A stretch of 64,000 bases of DNA from Eledone cirrhosa (lineage: Eukaryota). This document shows positions 12,684 to 25,074 of the stretch, one piece after another; within the stretch, counting starts at the first letter, position 1; each line of letters opens with the position of its first letter. The stretch spans positions 102,920,001-102,984,000 of the forward strand of contig OZ024742.1 of the NCBI GenBank assembly GCA_964016885.1, given 5' to 3'. Made by a program: the position numbers and the translations under genes. The notes under the pieces were generated by a model. It saw only the letters and a list, made by a program, of their open reading frames with translations, was not told the origin of the DNA and searched no databases.

Positions 12684-13013
12684 GTAGGTGTTCAATCCTT
12701 GAATTAACTGTTTCTCCTTTCTTTCTTTCTTTCTTTCTTTCTCCTTCTGCCCCTCTCTATCTATTTATCTAATTTTGGTTTGTAATTTGGTTTTGTTGGG
12801 TGGTGGTGGTGGTGGTGGTAATGTTTTTATTGTTGGCAGTTGTGGTGGTGGTAATGATGGTCATGGTTTTTATGTTGGTAATGGTGGTGGTGGAGGTGTT
12901 GTAAGTGTGCAGTGGTGGTGGTAATATTGTCTATGATGATAATGGTGTTGGTGCAGTGTGTGTGATGATCAGAAGTATGAAAACTAATCCATCTATCACT
13001 GTTTCCACACCAG

Positions 13014-13140
13014 ACACCCACTCCAAGAGATTGTATCCAGTCCATATGTTGCCAATGATATCACAAGTGGTGGAGCACATTCAAAGTTGAAGATCTTAAC
13101 TGGGCCAAATGCCTCTGGAAAAAGTGTATACCTGAAACAG
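13014..13140 (+). CDS. MSH5: MSH5 Walker A exon (R)HPLQEIVSSPYVANDITSGGAHSKLKILTGPNASGKSVYLKQ
   Basis: caccag| ... CAG|gtgaga; P-loop GPNASGKS. Confidence 0.97.
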
Positions 13141-13396
13141 GTGAGAGATAGCTGATTCATTTTTACTTTTGCAGATTTTCTTTCTTTCTATTTTTTTTTT
13201 TTTTTGTACAAGGAGTATGGCCACTGCCAATGATCTTTGGGGTGTCTTTCTCAAACTAGGAAGATTAACATGCCTTGCCTGGCCTGAATATTTGAAAGTA
13301 ATTGTCTGTAAGAAAAACGTGATTGGAAACAACAGCAGCAACAACAACCATTCTAATACCTATTACTGATAGCTAACTGAATTGAAACAACATAGA

Positions 13397-15005
13397 CTGT
13401 TATTCTATCACAGGATAAGATTCTCATGTGATCTGGTATTTATAACTGACAGCTCAGTAAACTGTGTTGTTCTATCACAGGGTAAGATTCTCAGGTGATC
13501 TGGTATCTATAACTGACAGCTCAGTAAACTGTGTTGTTCTATCACAGGGTAAGATTCTCATGTGATCTGGTATTTATAACTGACAGCTCAGTAAACTGTG
13601 TTGTTCTATCACAGGGTAAGATTCTCAGGTGATCTGGTATTTATAACTGACAGCTCAGTAAACTGTGTTGTTCTATCACAGGGTAAGATTCTCAGGTGAT
13701 CTGGTATTTATAACTGACAGCTCAGTAAACTGTGTTGTTCTATCACAGGGTAAGATTCTCAGGTGATCTGTTATTTATAACTGACAGCTCAGTAAACTGT
13801 GTTGTTCTATCACAGGGTAAGATTCTCAGGTGATCTGGTATTTATAACTGACAGCTCAGTAAACTGTGTTGTTCTATCACAGGGTAAGATTCTCAGGTGA
13901 TCTGGTATTTATAACTGACAGCTCAGTGAAGTGTGTTGTTCTATCACAGGGTAAGATTCTCATGTGATCTGGTATTTATAACTGACAGCTCAGTAAACTG
14001 TGTTGTTCTATCACAGGGTAAGATTCTCAGGTGATCTGGTATTTATAACTGACAGCTCAGTAAACTGTGTTGTTCTATCACAGGGTAAGATTCTCAGGTG
14101 ATCTGGTATTTATAACTGACAGCTCAGTGAAGTGTGTTGTTCTATCACAGGGTAAGATTCTCATGTGATCTGGTATTTATAACTGACAGCTCAGTAAACT
14201 GTGTTGTTCTATCACAGGGTAAGATTCTCAGGTGATCTGGTATTTATAACTGACAGCTCAGTAAACTGTGTTGTTCTATCACAGGGTAAGATTCTCAGGT
14301 GATCTGTTATTTATAACTGACAGCTCAGTAAACTGTGTTGTTCTATCACAGGGTAAGATTCTCAGGTGATCTGGTATTTATAACTGACAGCTCAGTAAAC
14401 TGTGTTGTTCTATCACAGGGTAAGATTCTCAGGTGATCTGTTATTTATAACTGACAGCTCAGTAAACTGTGTTGTTCTATCACAGGGTAAGATTCTCATG
14501 TGATCTGGTATTTATAACTGACAGCTTAGTAAACGGTGTTGTTCTATCACAGGGTAAGATTCTCAGGTGATCTGGTATTTATAACTGACAGCTCAGTAAA
14601 CTGTGTTGTTCTATCACAGGGTAAGATTCTCAGGTGATCTGGTATTTATAACTGACAGCTCAGTAAACTGTGTTGTTCTATCACAGGGTAAGATTCTCAG
14701 GTGATCTGTTATTTATAACTGACAGCTCAGTAAACTGTGTTGTTCTATCACAGGGTAAGATTCTCATGTGATCTGGTATTTATAACTGACAGCTCAGTAA
14801 ACTGTGTTGTTCTATCACAGGGTAAGATTCTCAGGTGATCTGTTATTTATAACTGACAGCTCAGTAAACTGTGTTGTTCTATCACAGGGTAAGATTCTCA
14901 GGTGATCTGGTATTTATAACTGACAGCTCAGTGAAGTGTGTTGTTCTATCACAGGGTAAGATTCTCATGTGATCTGGTATCTATAACTGACAGCTCAGTG
15001 AAGTG
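13397..15005. repeat. 67-bp minisatellite, about 24 near-identical copies, in MSH5 intron
   Basis: unit tataactgacagctcagtaaactgtgttgttctatcacagggtaagattctcaggtgatctggtatt; exactly 23 periods between 13441 and 14982. Confidence 0.97.
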
Positions 15006-15197
15006 TAAGAGGAGGTAGAGGAAGGAATAGATCAATTTGCTAAAGATTTTCCTCTTTAGAAATTCAAGATGTGCTAATTTCAGCAGGTGTTAGTTACACA
15101 AAAGAAAATTATCATTGTCTTATCATGTCTGCTAGTTTGGGAGGAATTTTATATGAATAATTTAACATTGTCATCATTCTGTATCATTGTCTTATAG

Positions 15198-15350
15198 GTG
15201 GCCCTGATTCTGTACATGTCATACATTGGTAGTTTCATTCCTGCTGAAAATCCCAGCACTGTTTGTATTGTTGATCATATCTTTACTCGTATTAAATCCC
15301 AAGAGAGTGTTTCTGTTGGATTGTCAACTTTCATGCTGGATATTAACCAA
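15198..15350 (+). CDS. MSH5: MSH5 exon [51 protein letters not shown]
   Basis: ttatag| ... CAA|gtgagt; MutS GSFIPA, IFTRI and STFM motifs. Confidence 0.97.
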
Positions 15351-15404
15351 GTGAGTTAGTAGTTGTTTATGCCTTTTTCATTGTAATTATTTTCCCATAT
15401 GACA

Positions 15405-15790
15405 TAAAGTGGTTGTATTGCTGCCATGATAAAATGCCTCTGGTCCATCCTGCATTAGTAGTGTTGGTTCCACAATAAAATGCCCCCAACCCACTCTGTA
15501 AAGTGGTACTACTGGGTCACAATAAAATGCTCTCAGTCTACTCTGTAAAGTGGTAGTGCTGGTACCATGATAAAATTCTCCCAGTCTACCTTGTTAGTGC
15601 CTCAATAAAAAAGCATCCAGTCCACCCTGTAAAGTGTTAGTGTTGGTGCCACAATAAAATGATCACAGCCCACTCTATAAAGTGGTGGCCCTGCCAAAAC
15701 AAAATGCACCCAGCTAACTCTGTAAAGTGGTAATGTTGGTGCTATAATGAAATGTACCCACTACATGTTGTAAGGTGATTGGCATTAGAA
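15405..15790 (+). repeat. Degenerate ~50-bp tandem array
   Basis: recurring ...cacaataaaatg.cccag.ccactctgtaaagtggt... Confidence 0.7.
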
Positions 15791-16175
15791 AGGGCATTCA
15801 TTGACACCATGCCTAATATGGAACATATGAACAAAATGAGGTTGTTCTGGCTCTTCTGGTTTCAGATTGTAACAACCCACCCAACTAGTTGTGTCAAAGA
15901 CATAACTACCATTCTAGTGCTGTGGCCTCAGTCAAATGCATTCAGTGCACTCTGAAAAGTGTGGGAACATATGTAAGCAAGATGTAGCCCCTGGCCAATT
16001 TGAGAAGTCAGCACCACTGTCTTGGTCTTTGACAACCCATCCAAACCTTGCAAGCAAAGAAAACAGACATTAAGTAGTGATGAGGATGAGGATGTATTTT
16101 CTGTTATTTTATCACTTATTCTCCATACAATTAATAAACTTTCCATTTTTCTTGCTGCAATTGGTGCCACAAAAG

Positions 16176-16250
16176 ATGTCAGATTGTCTGAGACATGCAA
16201 CAGAAAGATCTTTGGTCATTGTTGATGAATTTGGCAAAGGAACACAATCA
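16176..16250 (+). CDS. MSH5: MSH5 Walker B exon MSDCLRHATERSLVIVDEFGKGTQS
   Basis: caaaag| (weak acceptor) ... TCA|gtaagt; DEFGKGT motif. Confidence 0.92.
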
Positions 16251-16883
16251 GTAAGTCTGAATTAATACCTATTAAATGTTATGAAGTATTAAGTCATTCT
16301 GAACATTAGTGATTAGATAATTAGCTAGTTAGCTAGATAGTTGTTCTTGTTGGTAGTGATGGTGGCTGTTACTGTTGTAGTTTAACCTCAGATCAACTCT
16401 AATCCAACAGACCCATGTTCAAAGCATTCAAGCCATCATCATCTCATCTTTTTTATTTAAATATATGTGTTCCTTATGACTTTGTTCTAACTCCCTTATG
16501 GTTGAGTAAATTTAGGCTGTAACTAACTGCTTCTTCTAGCAATGAACTTACTGGCCACCAGTCTACCCTTCACAACAGTTCTATCTTGACCTTAGCCACA
16601 TGATAATTTTCACCCTTTTTGAATTTGTTACTGGCAGCAATCACTTTGGAAAAATTCGGTCCTAACCGAGAGAGTCTCTTGATAAGCTTGGTGCCTCGTA
16701 GATAATGCAACGATTAGACATTTCCACAAAGTACAAGCGAAACTGTTGACAGTCGGGACTAGAGGAATATTGGTAACATTTATCTATTATTTCTTCAAAC
16801 TTACATTTTAAACTTAGCTCCGTTTAATTGATTATTTGTCTAGTTAATTTCTACAGATTAAGAAGAAAAATTAGGTAAATTTT

Positions 16884-17083
16884 NNNNNNNNNNNNNNNNN
16901 NNNNNNNNNNNNNNNNNNNNNNNNNNNNNNNNNNNNNNNNNNNNNNNNNNNNNNNNNNNNNNNNNNNNNNNNNNNNNNNNNNNNNNNNNNNNNNNNNNNN
17001 NNNNNNNNNNNNNNNNNNNNNNNNNNNNNNNNNNNNNNNNNNNNNNNNNNNNNNNNNNNNNNNNNNNNNNNNNNNNNNNNNNN
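16884..17083. other. Assembly gap (200 N)
   Basis: run of exactly 200 n. Confidence 1.
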
Positions 17084-17818
17084 TCAACAATGCTGTCATA
17101 ATAACAAAGGTAGTACATGATTAACAAATATTTTTATTGGCAGTGTAGTGACAGGGTTTTACTAGTTTTCTATTACTTATAATGAAACAAACAGCATTAC
17201 ATGGTAAATTCACTACCTCTTGTATCAATTGATCATAGGTTAGCTAGATTAGTGTTCAGATAATGGTTAATTCAGTTCTCATGAATGTCTTACTAATGTG
17301 GTTTCATGTGGTATACAACATGAAGAGTTAATGCCTTGGGCATTAAAAGGCTAACATGAAATATGCCGGGAGAAAAGCAAAATTATTTTCCAGTCATGTT
17401 TTTTATTTATTCTCACCTTTTCAGCAAAGTATAGCCATCATCAGGCTTGTCAATATAGTAATGAATGAATCTCTACATAAATATCAAAATAATACATTTA
17501 TTAGCACAGGAAAATAAAGTAGTCAACTTAGTATTAACCCTTTTGGTGCTGTATTTCTACTTAAAAACAGTCTTTTGAAAATAACCAAGAATTTGCAGGC
17601 ATTTAGTAAAATAATTTAAGTTATTATTATTTAGCTGGTATTTGGAACATAACTTAACAAAAGTACTTGAATAAGATTATAATTTCTCAGGTTACTAACT
17701 AATCTGTTATATTTTATTTAATCTTTTACAAGATTTCCATGTTAATCCAAGAAAACAAACCAATATTTAATATTGATGTTGCAAAGCAAGACTTGAAATT
17801 TAAATGGTATGTTTTAGG

Positions 17819-17873
<55 letters not shown>

Positions 17874-18436
17874 ATGCTGTTGCTACTGTTGTTGTTGTTA
17901 TTGTTGTCAGCAGTGTCATCATCATCATCATTGCTCTTCTCCTCCTCCTCACACTCTGCCACCTTCTTTTTCATGCTTAATGTCAGACTTAATTGTGACC
18001 CCTGATTTCCTAAACTGGCCAGGAACCACATCTTCCTCATAAGCATGCTTGCATTTTGCAGTGTGCCAGGTGCATTTTATTGTGGCACCAGCACTAGAGA
18101 AGTTGTCAAGTCCTTGAAACAACTGAAGAGTCCTCTCAATCCTTGGTGGGTATATAAGTGTAAAGAAAAATAATAATATAGCATGAAAAAATAGACATTA
18201 AATGGTGATGATGATGATGATGATGATAAGCCATATTTCATGCATCCTACTGCTCCAGAAAGGTTGCCCATGCCTGGTGTACAATTTGCTCCTCCCCTTT
18301 CTTTTTTAAAATATAATCTGCTGCCCCCATTTTTACTCTTTTCTTTTTTTTTTTTCCTCTCTACTTATTTAAATCTTTCTTTAAAAAACACTTTCATTAT
18401 GATATCCTATAAATTCATGTCTGTTTTCTATTGCAG

Positions 18437-18581
18437 GGGCCAGTTGCTGGTTGATCGTTTCTTAAAACTTGATCTTTCATCTGAGAATTTACAGGCTTTC
18501 CTTGAAGATATAAAACTGTCATATAACAAGTTTAATACATCATCTATCCAGAAAAGCAAGAATGAAAATAAAAAGCTTTGA
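18437..18581 (+). CDS. MSH5: MSH5 terminal coding exon GQLLVDRFLKLDLSSENLQAFLEDIKLSYNKFNTSSIQKSKNENKKL*
   Basis: ttgcag| acceptor; LVDRFLKLDL resembles the MSH5 C-terminus; TGA stop; AATAAA candidates downstream near 18931 and 19392. Confidence 0.88.
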
Positions 18582-19669
18582 AAACATGGCCATGCCCAAG
18601 ACATCATTAGCAAATGTGTCTTTTTTAAAGACTGTAGGGCATAATTTGAATAAGAATTGCCTGCTATTTGTAGCAGGTCAAGCAACAATGCAGTGAAACC
18701 CTATTATTGTTTTTGTTGTTTTTGGAGTTCATTTTGTTGGTGTTTTTCTTGAATTCTTTTTCTTCTTCACCCAACAGGATAACCTTTAAGTAGTTGCTCA
18801 ACCTGCTAGAAATATCAGCTAAATCTTCTTCAAACCATACCCTGTCATCTTAAAAAATTACTCTTTAGAGTGTACTGGGTACATTTTATCATATCAGCAA
18901 CACTAGAGAGGTTGTCGTACCCTTGACACAAATAAAGAGTACTCTTGACGCTTTTACTGGCACCGTTTCTACAGCTGGATGCTCTTCCTATCATAAATTG
19001 CTTTATCAAGTGTACTGAGTGTGTTGTATTGTGTCACCAACTGTAGAGAGGTTGTAGTGCCCTTGACACAACATGTGTTTTTACATGGTTTCTACAGTTG
19101 GATGCTCTTCCTATCACCAACTACTCTACAGAAGTAGATTTGAATGAGTATGCAGTACAAATATATTATCCATTCAACCATCTCCCCTCAACACATTTCA
19201 TTCATTCTACAAGTTTTGATTATTTATTATCTTTTACTGTTTCTACATCAAAGAAAGTGCTATGGTCAAATGAATAGGATACCAAACATTTAACTTAAAG
19301 GTTGTCAACTCATAGCAAGCACCATATCCTTCAGCAAGTAACTTCACTCTTCTTGTTTTGTAAGAATCAGTTATTGCTTAAAAACAGTTGCAATAAAGCC
19401 TTTCAATTATATTTCTGTATATTGATTAACTCTTAAATTCCTGTAATGCATGAAACCACATTAACATGACATTCTTGAAAACTACAAAACAATGCTATGA
19501 CATTAAGAATTAAAGTGTTTACTCTAATACAGCAAGTTTTTGTAACAATCTGTCAACTAATAAAGGTAGTATTAATATTGGAATTAACAAACCAACCTGT
19601 TTTTAGATATTTTCTGCTAAACCCTTACAGGATGTTAAGAATTAATTTAGAAAAAATGACTGTGAGGAG

Positions 19670-20266
19670 AGTTGTGTCTATGGGTATGACCCTGAGGCGA
19701 AGCAGCAGTTGACACTGTAGAAAAACCCTTCATCTCTACGACTGAAGAAGGCACGACAGAGCCACAGCTCAATCAAAAGCATGCTCATCACTTTTTGACA
19801 TCTGAGGTATTGTGCATCGAGAATTCGTTATGAGGCATTTAAGGGAGGACTTTCAGCGAAAGCAACCAGATCTGTGGAGCGCGAAGAATTAGATTCTTCA
19901 CAGCGACAATGCAACCGAGCTCTCTTTACTCATGAGTTTCTCGGCAAAAACATTGTATTGCTTCCACACCTGCCCTCTTCTCTAGATTTAACAACTGTGG
20001 ACTTCCGTCTCTTCTCCAAGCTGAAAATGCTACACAAAGGTCGCTGTTTTCACAGCATTGCCAAGATCTAGAATGAATTGCAGAAACTCCTCGACACACT
20101 TATGGAAAGCGACTTCCAGGCCAGATTCACAAAAGTGGCAAGAACGCTGGGACTGGTGTATTGTTGTGCAAGGTGACTATTTCGAAGGAGATGGTGTTAA
20201 AACTTAGCTAAACATATTAGTTTTTTTTAAACATAATTAGTCCAGGAACTTTTTCAAATCACCTAG

Positions 20267-20268
<2 letters not shown>
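19670..20268 (+). mobile_element. Decayed mariner transposon (transposase pseudogene plus right TIR)
   Basis: YDPE, KKARQS..SIKSMLIT, GIVHREFV, and HLPSSLDLTTVDFRLFSKLK (decayed HPPYSPDLAP.D motif); ends ccaggaactttttcaaatcacctagTA. Confidence 0.85.
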
Positions 20269-20318
<50 letters not shown>

Positions 20319-20812
20319 GGGGTGTGGTGTGGGATGAATGCTGCTCTTCTTCTGACTAAACAATGACCCCTACCCAAAAGAAAACAGTCTTTGTTTTATC
20401 TCATCAAATTCTACCTCCTCTTCCAACAGCACCATTACCACCACCACCACCACCACCACCACCACACTCCCGCCATCACCCCTCTACCATCAACACCACC
20501 ACTGCCACCACCATCATACTACCACCATCACCACCACCACCGACACAATCACTACTACCACCACTATCATATTATTTCGATATCACCAGCACCACCACTC
20601 GTAGCCCACCTCCGTTGTCACCACCACCACCACCTCCACCACCACTATCATATTATTTCCATTAATAACACCACTATCACCACCACCACCTCCGTTTTCA
20701 CCACCACCACCACTATCATATTATTTCCATTAATAACACCACCACCCGTAGCCCACCTCTGTTGTCACCACCACCACCACCACCACTACTATCATATTAT
20801 TCCCATTAATAC

Positions 20813-21003
20813 GCGGTGGATTGGCAGTATCGGTAGAGGGTCGGACGCCATGCTTTCCAGCACAGAGTTACGGCCCTTTCCATTCTGAGTTCAAATCCCG
20901 CCAAGGTTAACTTTGCTTTTCATCCTTACGGGGTCGATAAAATAAAGTACCAGTAATGCACTGGGTATTTGCTGGCCTTGTGCCAAAAGTAGAAACAATT
21001 ATT
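20813..21003 (+). mobile_element. SINE family A
   Basis: full unit with A and B boxes. Confidence 0.88.
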
Positions 21004-21254
21004 TCCATTAATAACACCACCCGTAGCTCACCTGCGCTGTCACCGTCACCACCATCACTGCTATCTGACGATATCTGTTATAATAAACTAGCCTTTATAT
21101 CCTGATTCAGGTAAACCGTTGTTCAAACACGCAGGATATCAATGATATCATATCATATCATATCCTGTCAGTTTTTTTTTTTAAAATAAATTTACAGGAT
21201 ATCATATTAAATGTGTCGTTTGGAAAATATCCGTTGGTTGGTCACTTTGTGAAG

Positions 21255-21440
21255 CCATTCTATTGGCTGGACACTTCAAAAGACCAAGTTAGTTAGTAGT
21301 GATTCGCCGATCGAACCGGCATTTTTACATTCTACATTCTAGGCTGCATTCTTAGCATTATTGTATATTTTGCTATGAAAGCTGTCGTTGAGAGGTTGTC
21401 ATGGAAACCTAACGTCATATTCTCGGAAAGCCAATGAAAA
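21255..21440. promoter_or_regulatory. Candidate promoter: RFX X-box with CCAAT boxes
   Basis: GTTGTCATGGAAAC at 21395-21408; ATTGG at 21262; CCAAT at 21431; non-repetitive CpG-containing context. Confidence 0.4.
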
Positions 21441-21708
21441 TGATGTCTAGATAGAGTTGAGAAGTGGCAAGTCCCGTTAGTTTCTTAATTTGTGGAAAGA
21501 GAGCGTTTCCTCATCCTATTAACAGTGATCATATAAATGTGTGTGCGTGTGCGTGCGTGCGTGTGTGAGTGCGTGTACATGTATGTAAAAGTAATAACAA
21601 AAATTACAAAACAGACGGCACTACTTGGAAGAAATATATTAATTTAACGCTTATCAGGAAGAGATGTCAACACACACTCACACATGCAGACATTTACACA
21701 CACATATA

Positions 21709-21753
<45 letters not shown>

Positions 21754-22077
21754 ACTGCGGCCATGCTGGGACACCACCTTCAAAATAAATACGACTTAAT
21801 TTTTCAAGTCTGGTATTTATTTTGTCGAGTTCTTTTTTTGCCAAACCGTCAAGTTTCAGGGTATAAACACACACACACACCAACACACTCCAACACACGC
21901 ACACGCCAACTCACACACACTCACGTACCAATACACACACACACCAACACACTCCAACACACACACTAACACACGCACACGCCAACTCACATACCAATAC
22001 ACACATACACCAACACACACACACACACATACACACCAATACACATATACATCAACACACACATACACAGAAATATA

Positions 22078-22262
22078 TAAGAACGTCGGCTGAAAAGTTC
22101 ATAGGCTGACTAAAATACTCTCAAACGTTTATTTTTCAACATCGGCCATTCAAAGAAATAATGCAATTATTAATAAGAGTTGAAATGAATACAAGCAAGA
22201 TTTCACAGCCCTAGCATCACTCCTTCATAGTCAGTCTATGAACTTTTCAGCCTACCCTTGTA
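22078..22262. mobile_element. mariner-type MITE
   Basis: TIRs ggctgaaaagttcataggctgacta / tagtcagtctatgaacttttcagcc, TA flanks. Confidence 0.75.
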
Positions 22263-22379
22263 TATGTCGGATGGTTATGACTAGAATGGTTTTGATCATA
22301 GATCTGTTAAATCAGGTTTGCCCTGGGGCCTAGCTACTCGGAACCGGATTAAGTCTTTTGAGGACCTAAAATTATGCTG

Positions 22380-22565
22380 CCTCCCTCACTACCACCGCTA
22401 TCACCACCACCACTGCCGCCACCACCACTGCCGCCACCACCACTGCCGCAGCCGCCACCGCTGCTGCGGCTGCTGCTGCTACTACTACTACTACGACTAC
22501 TGCTACTGCTAATACTACTACTACTACTACTGCTGCTGCTGTTGCTACTACTACTACTACTACTG

Positions 22566-22597
<32 letters not shown>

Positions 22598-22640
22598 GCT
22601 GCTACTGTTGCTGTCACTACTACTACTACTACTACTACTA

Positions 22641-22704
<64 letters not shown>

Positions 22705-22792
22705 CACTACTACTACTACTGCTACTACCACCACCAACACTACTACTACTTCTACCACTACCAACACTACTACTACTACTGCTGCTGCTGCT
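22380..22792. repeat. Compound trinucleotide microsatellite (CCA/CCG/CTG/CTA)n
   Basis: direct reading. Confidence 0.95.
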
Positions 22793-23367
22793 GAACATCG
22801 ATATGATATCTCGTTGGGTATCAGCTGCTCACAGTTCTGTGTCTAGCCAGAGACAGCAAGTGAAGTGTCACTTAGACAGGTAGGGGAGCTTGGGACAAAC
22901 ATAGAGCTCACTCTCACCCATTCATCCTCGCTACTCATTATATATGTTTCTACTTTTGGCACAAGGCCAGCACATATTCCAGTGTATTACTGGTACTTTA
23001 TTTTATCGACCCCGTAAAGATGACAGGTAAAGTTAACCTCGGCGGGATTTGAACTCAGAATATATTGTAGGGACTTTATACCTAATCGAAAGGTTATGGT
23101 TAGGGAAAGGTTATGTAGAGACCGCTTATTATAATCACGGACAAGAGGGCGATGGATTCACAGAATCGGTAGAGCGTCAGACAAAATGGTTTGTGGTGTT
23201 TAATTACGACTTTCTACGTTTTGAGCTCAAATCCGACCGAGGTGAATCTTGCCTTTCATCGTTTCGGGGCCGATAAAATAAAGTATTAATCAAGTACTGA
23301 GGGTCAATATGATCGATAACCCCAAAATTACTGGCCTTGTGCCTAAAGTAGACATCATCATAATTAC

Positions 23368-23562
23368 CAGACCTGCCAACCTCTAAAAACCCAAACGGGG
23401 AGTACCATGAAAAAAAGGGCCCCAAAACGGGGAGAAATGGGGCAAAATGGGGAGATTTTACATAATGAAAGCTATACCCATTTTCACAAGAGAAGACATC
23501 TCTCACCCACCCGAAAGTGGGTGGGAGATCTCCCCGTCGGACGGGGAGAGTTGATAGGTCTG
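23368..23562. mobile_element. Small TIR element (hAT- or P-like MITE)
   Basis: TIR cagacctgccaac/gttgataggtctg; flanks taattac/taatcac. Confidence 0.6.
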
Positions 23563-23640
23563 TAATCACCGATATCCATATTAAACGCTGTTTCACGGCC
23601 TTACATGGCGACCTTACATAGACAGCAGATGCCGTTTATT

Positions 23641-23812
23641 ATAATTGTTTCTACTTTTGGCACAAGGCCAGCAATTACCCAGTACATTACTGGTACTTTA
23701 TTTTATCGACCCCGTAAGGATGAAAGGCAAAGTTAACCTCGGCGGGATTTGAACTCAGACCGTAAAGAGACGAAACTATGCTGGAAAGCATGGCGTCCGA
23801 CCCTCTACCGAT
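23641..23812 (-). mobile_element. SINE family A (partial copy also at 22946-23060)
   Basis: reverse complement of consensus. Confidence 0.85.
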
Positions 23813-24352
23813 AATCAACTGGTTATTGCCATCAAAATTAGTGGGATTTTAACCTTTTATTTATTAAGTTCAATTCAAAACAATCTACTTATAGCTATCA
23901 AATCTCTCGATATTGTTATCAAAATTGTCAAGTAAACCGCAACATAACCATTATAATGACTACGATCGTGAGCTGAACACACTAACCACTAAGCTACATG
24001 CCTTCTCAAGATATGACAGGATTGACAACATAGCTGAATTACGTTTGATCACAGATCTGCTCTATCAGGGCTGAACAGGGGTTAAATAACAACATCTTAA
24101 ACGCCCTCAACCATTCACTAGCCAATAATGCACAGACAAGCAACTATTTTCATTGCTTCCTGGCACATTCAAGCCAACCCTTTTCCACTTCTCTCGTCAT
24201 TCCTAATGTCTCTCAGACCCCAGACACGACAGTAAATGTTTTACACAATCATTTCTACCCAAAGTTATATCATTTTGGAATTCCAACCCAGCCAATGTGT
24301 CATCTACTAATATAATAGCCTGGTGTATATGTCCGTAACGCACTAGAGATGA

Positions 24353-24975
24353 CTGAGGAAGGAAGGGGTGATTACGTTAACTGAAGAAGGAAGGGTGATT
24401 ACGTCGACTGAGGAAGGAAGGGGTGATTACGTCGACTGAAGAAGGAAAGAGTGATTACGTCGACTGAGGAAGGAAAGAGTGATTACGTCGACTGAGGAAG
24501 GAAGAGTGATTATGTCGACTGAGGAAGGAAGGGGTGATTACGTTAACTGAAGAAGGAAGGGATGATTACGTTAACTGAAGAAGGAAGGGATGATTACGTC
24601 GACTAAGGAAGGAAGGGGTGATTACGTCGACTGAAGAAGGAAAGAGTGATTACGTCGACTGAGGAAGGAAGAGTGATTATGTCGACTGAGGAAGGAAGGG
24701 GTGATTACGTTAACTGAAGAAGGAAGGGATGATTACGTTAACTGAAGAAGGAAGGGATGATTACGTTAACTGAAGAAGGAAGGGGTGATTACGTCGACTG
24801 AAGAAGGAAAGAGTGATTACGTCGACTGAGGAAGGAAGAGTGATTATGTCGACTGAGGAAGGAAGGGGTGATTTATTTCGACTGAGGAAGGAAGGGGTGA
24901 TTATGTCGACTGAGGAAGGAATGGGTGATTACGTCGACTGAGGAACGAGGGAGGGGGGTGATTACGTCGACCGAG
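24353..24975. repeat. 27-28-bp minisatellite, about 22 copies
   Basis: unit actgaggaaggaaggggtgattacgtcg with variants. Confidence 0.95.
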
Positions 24976-25074
24976 CAAGGAGGAAGGGGAGAAACTATAA
25001 AAGTCCAGCGTTCTAAGATTCGTCACAGCTGTGTGTTTGTATGTTTGTATGACTTGTGTGAGTGAGTGCGAAGG

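Larger units (their letters stand above)
678..18581 (+). other. MSH5: MSH5 (MutS homolog 5) gene, 3' portion; 13 visible coding exons, 5' exons outside window, some exons lost in gap
   Basis: The first 12 exons join in consistent phase and translate to a MutS core/ATPase region resembling vertebrate MSH5 as recalled ([45 protein letters not shown]); terminal exon has LVDRFLKLDL. Confidence 0.95.

Noticed and set aside
13397-15005. CRISPR-like array (also considered for the 28-bp and 39-bp arrays)
   Set aside because: Head-to-tail units with no unique spacers, no cas genes, eukaryotic context
678-18581. Assignment to MSH4 or mismatch-repair MSH2/3/6
   Set aside because: [24 protein letters not shown] and the C-terminal LVDRFLKLDL fit MSH5; the other paralogs typically have DELGRGT
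22318-22883. Poly-Leu/Ser/Val/Pro ORFs (likewise 5737, 20363, 37844)
   Set aside because: Trinucleotide microsatellites with no splice or domain support
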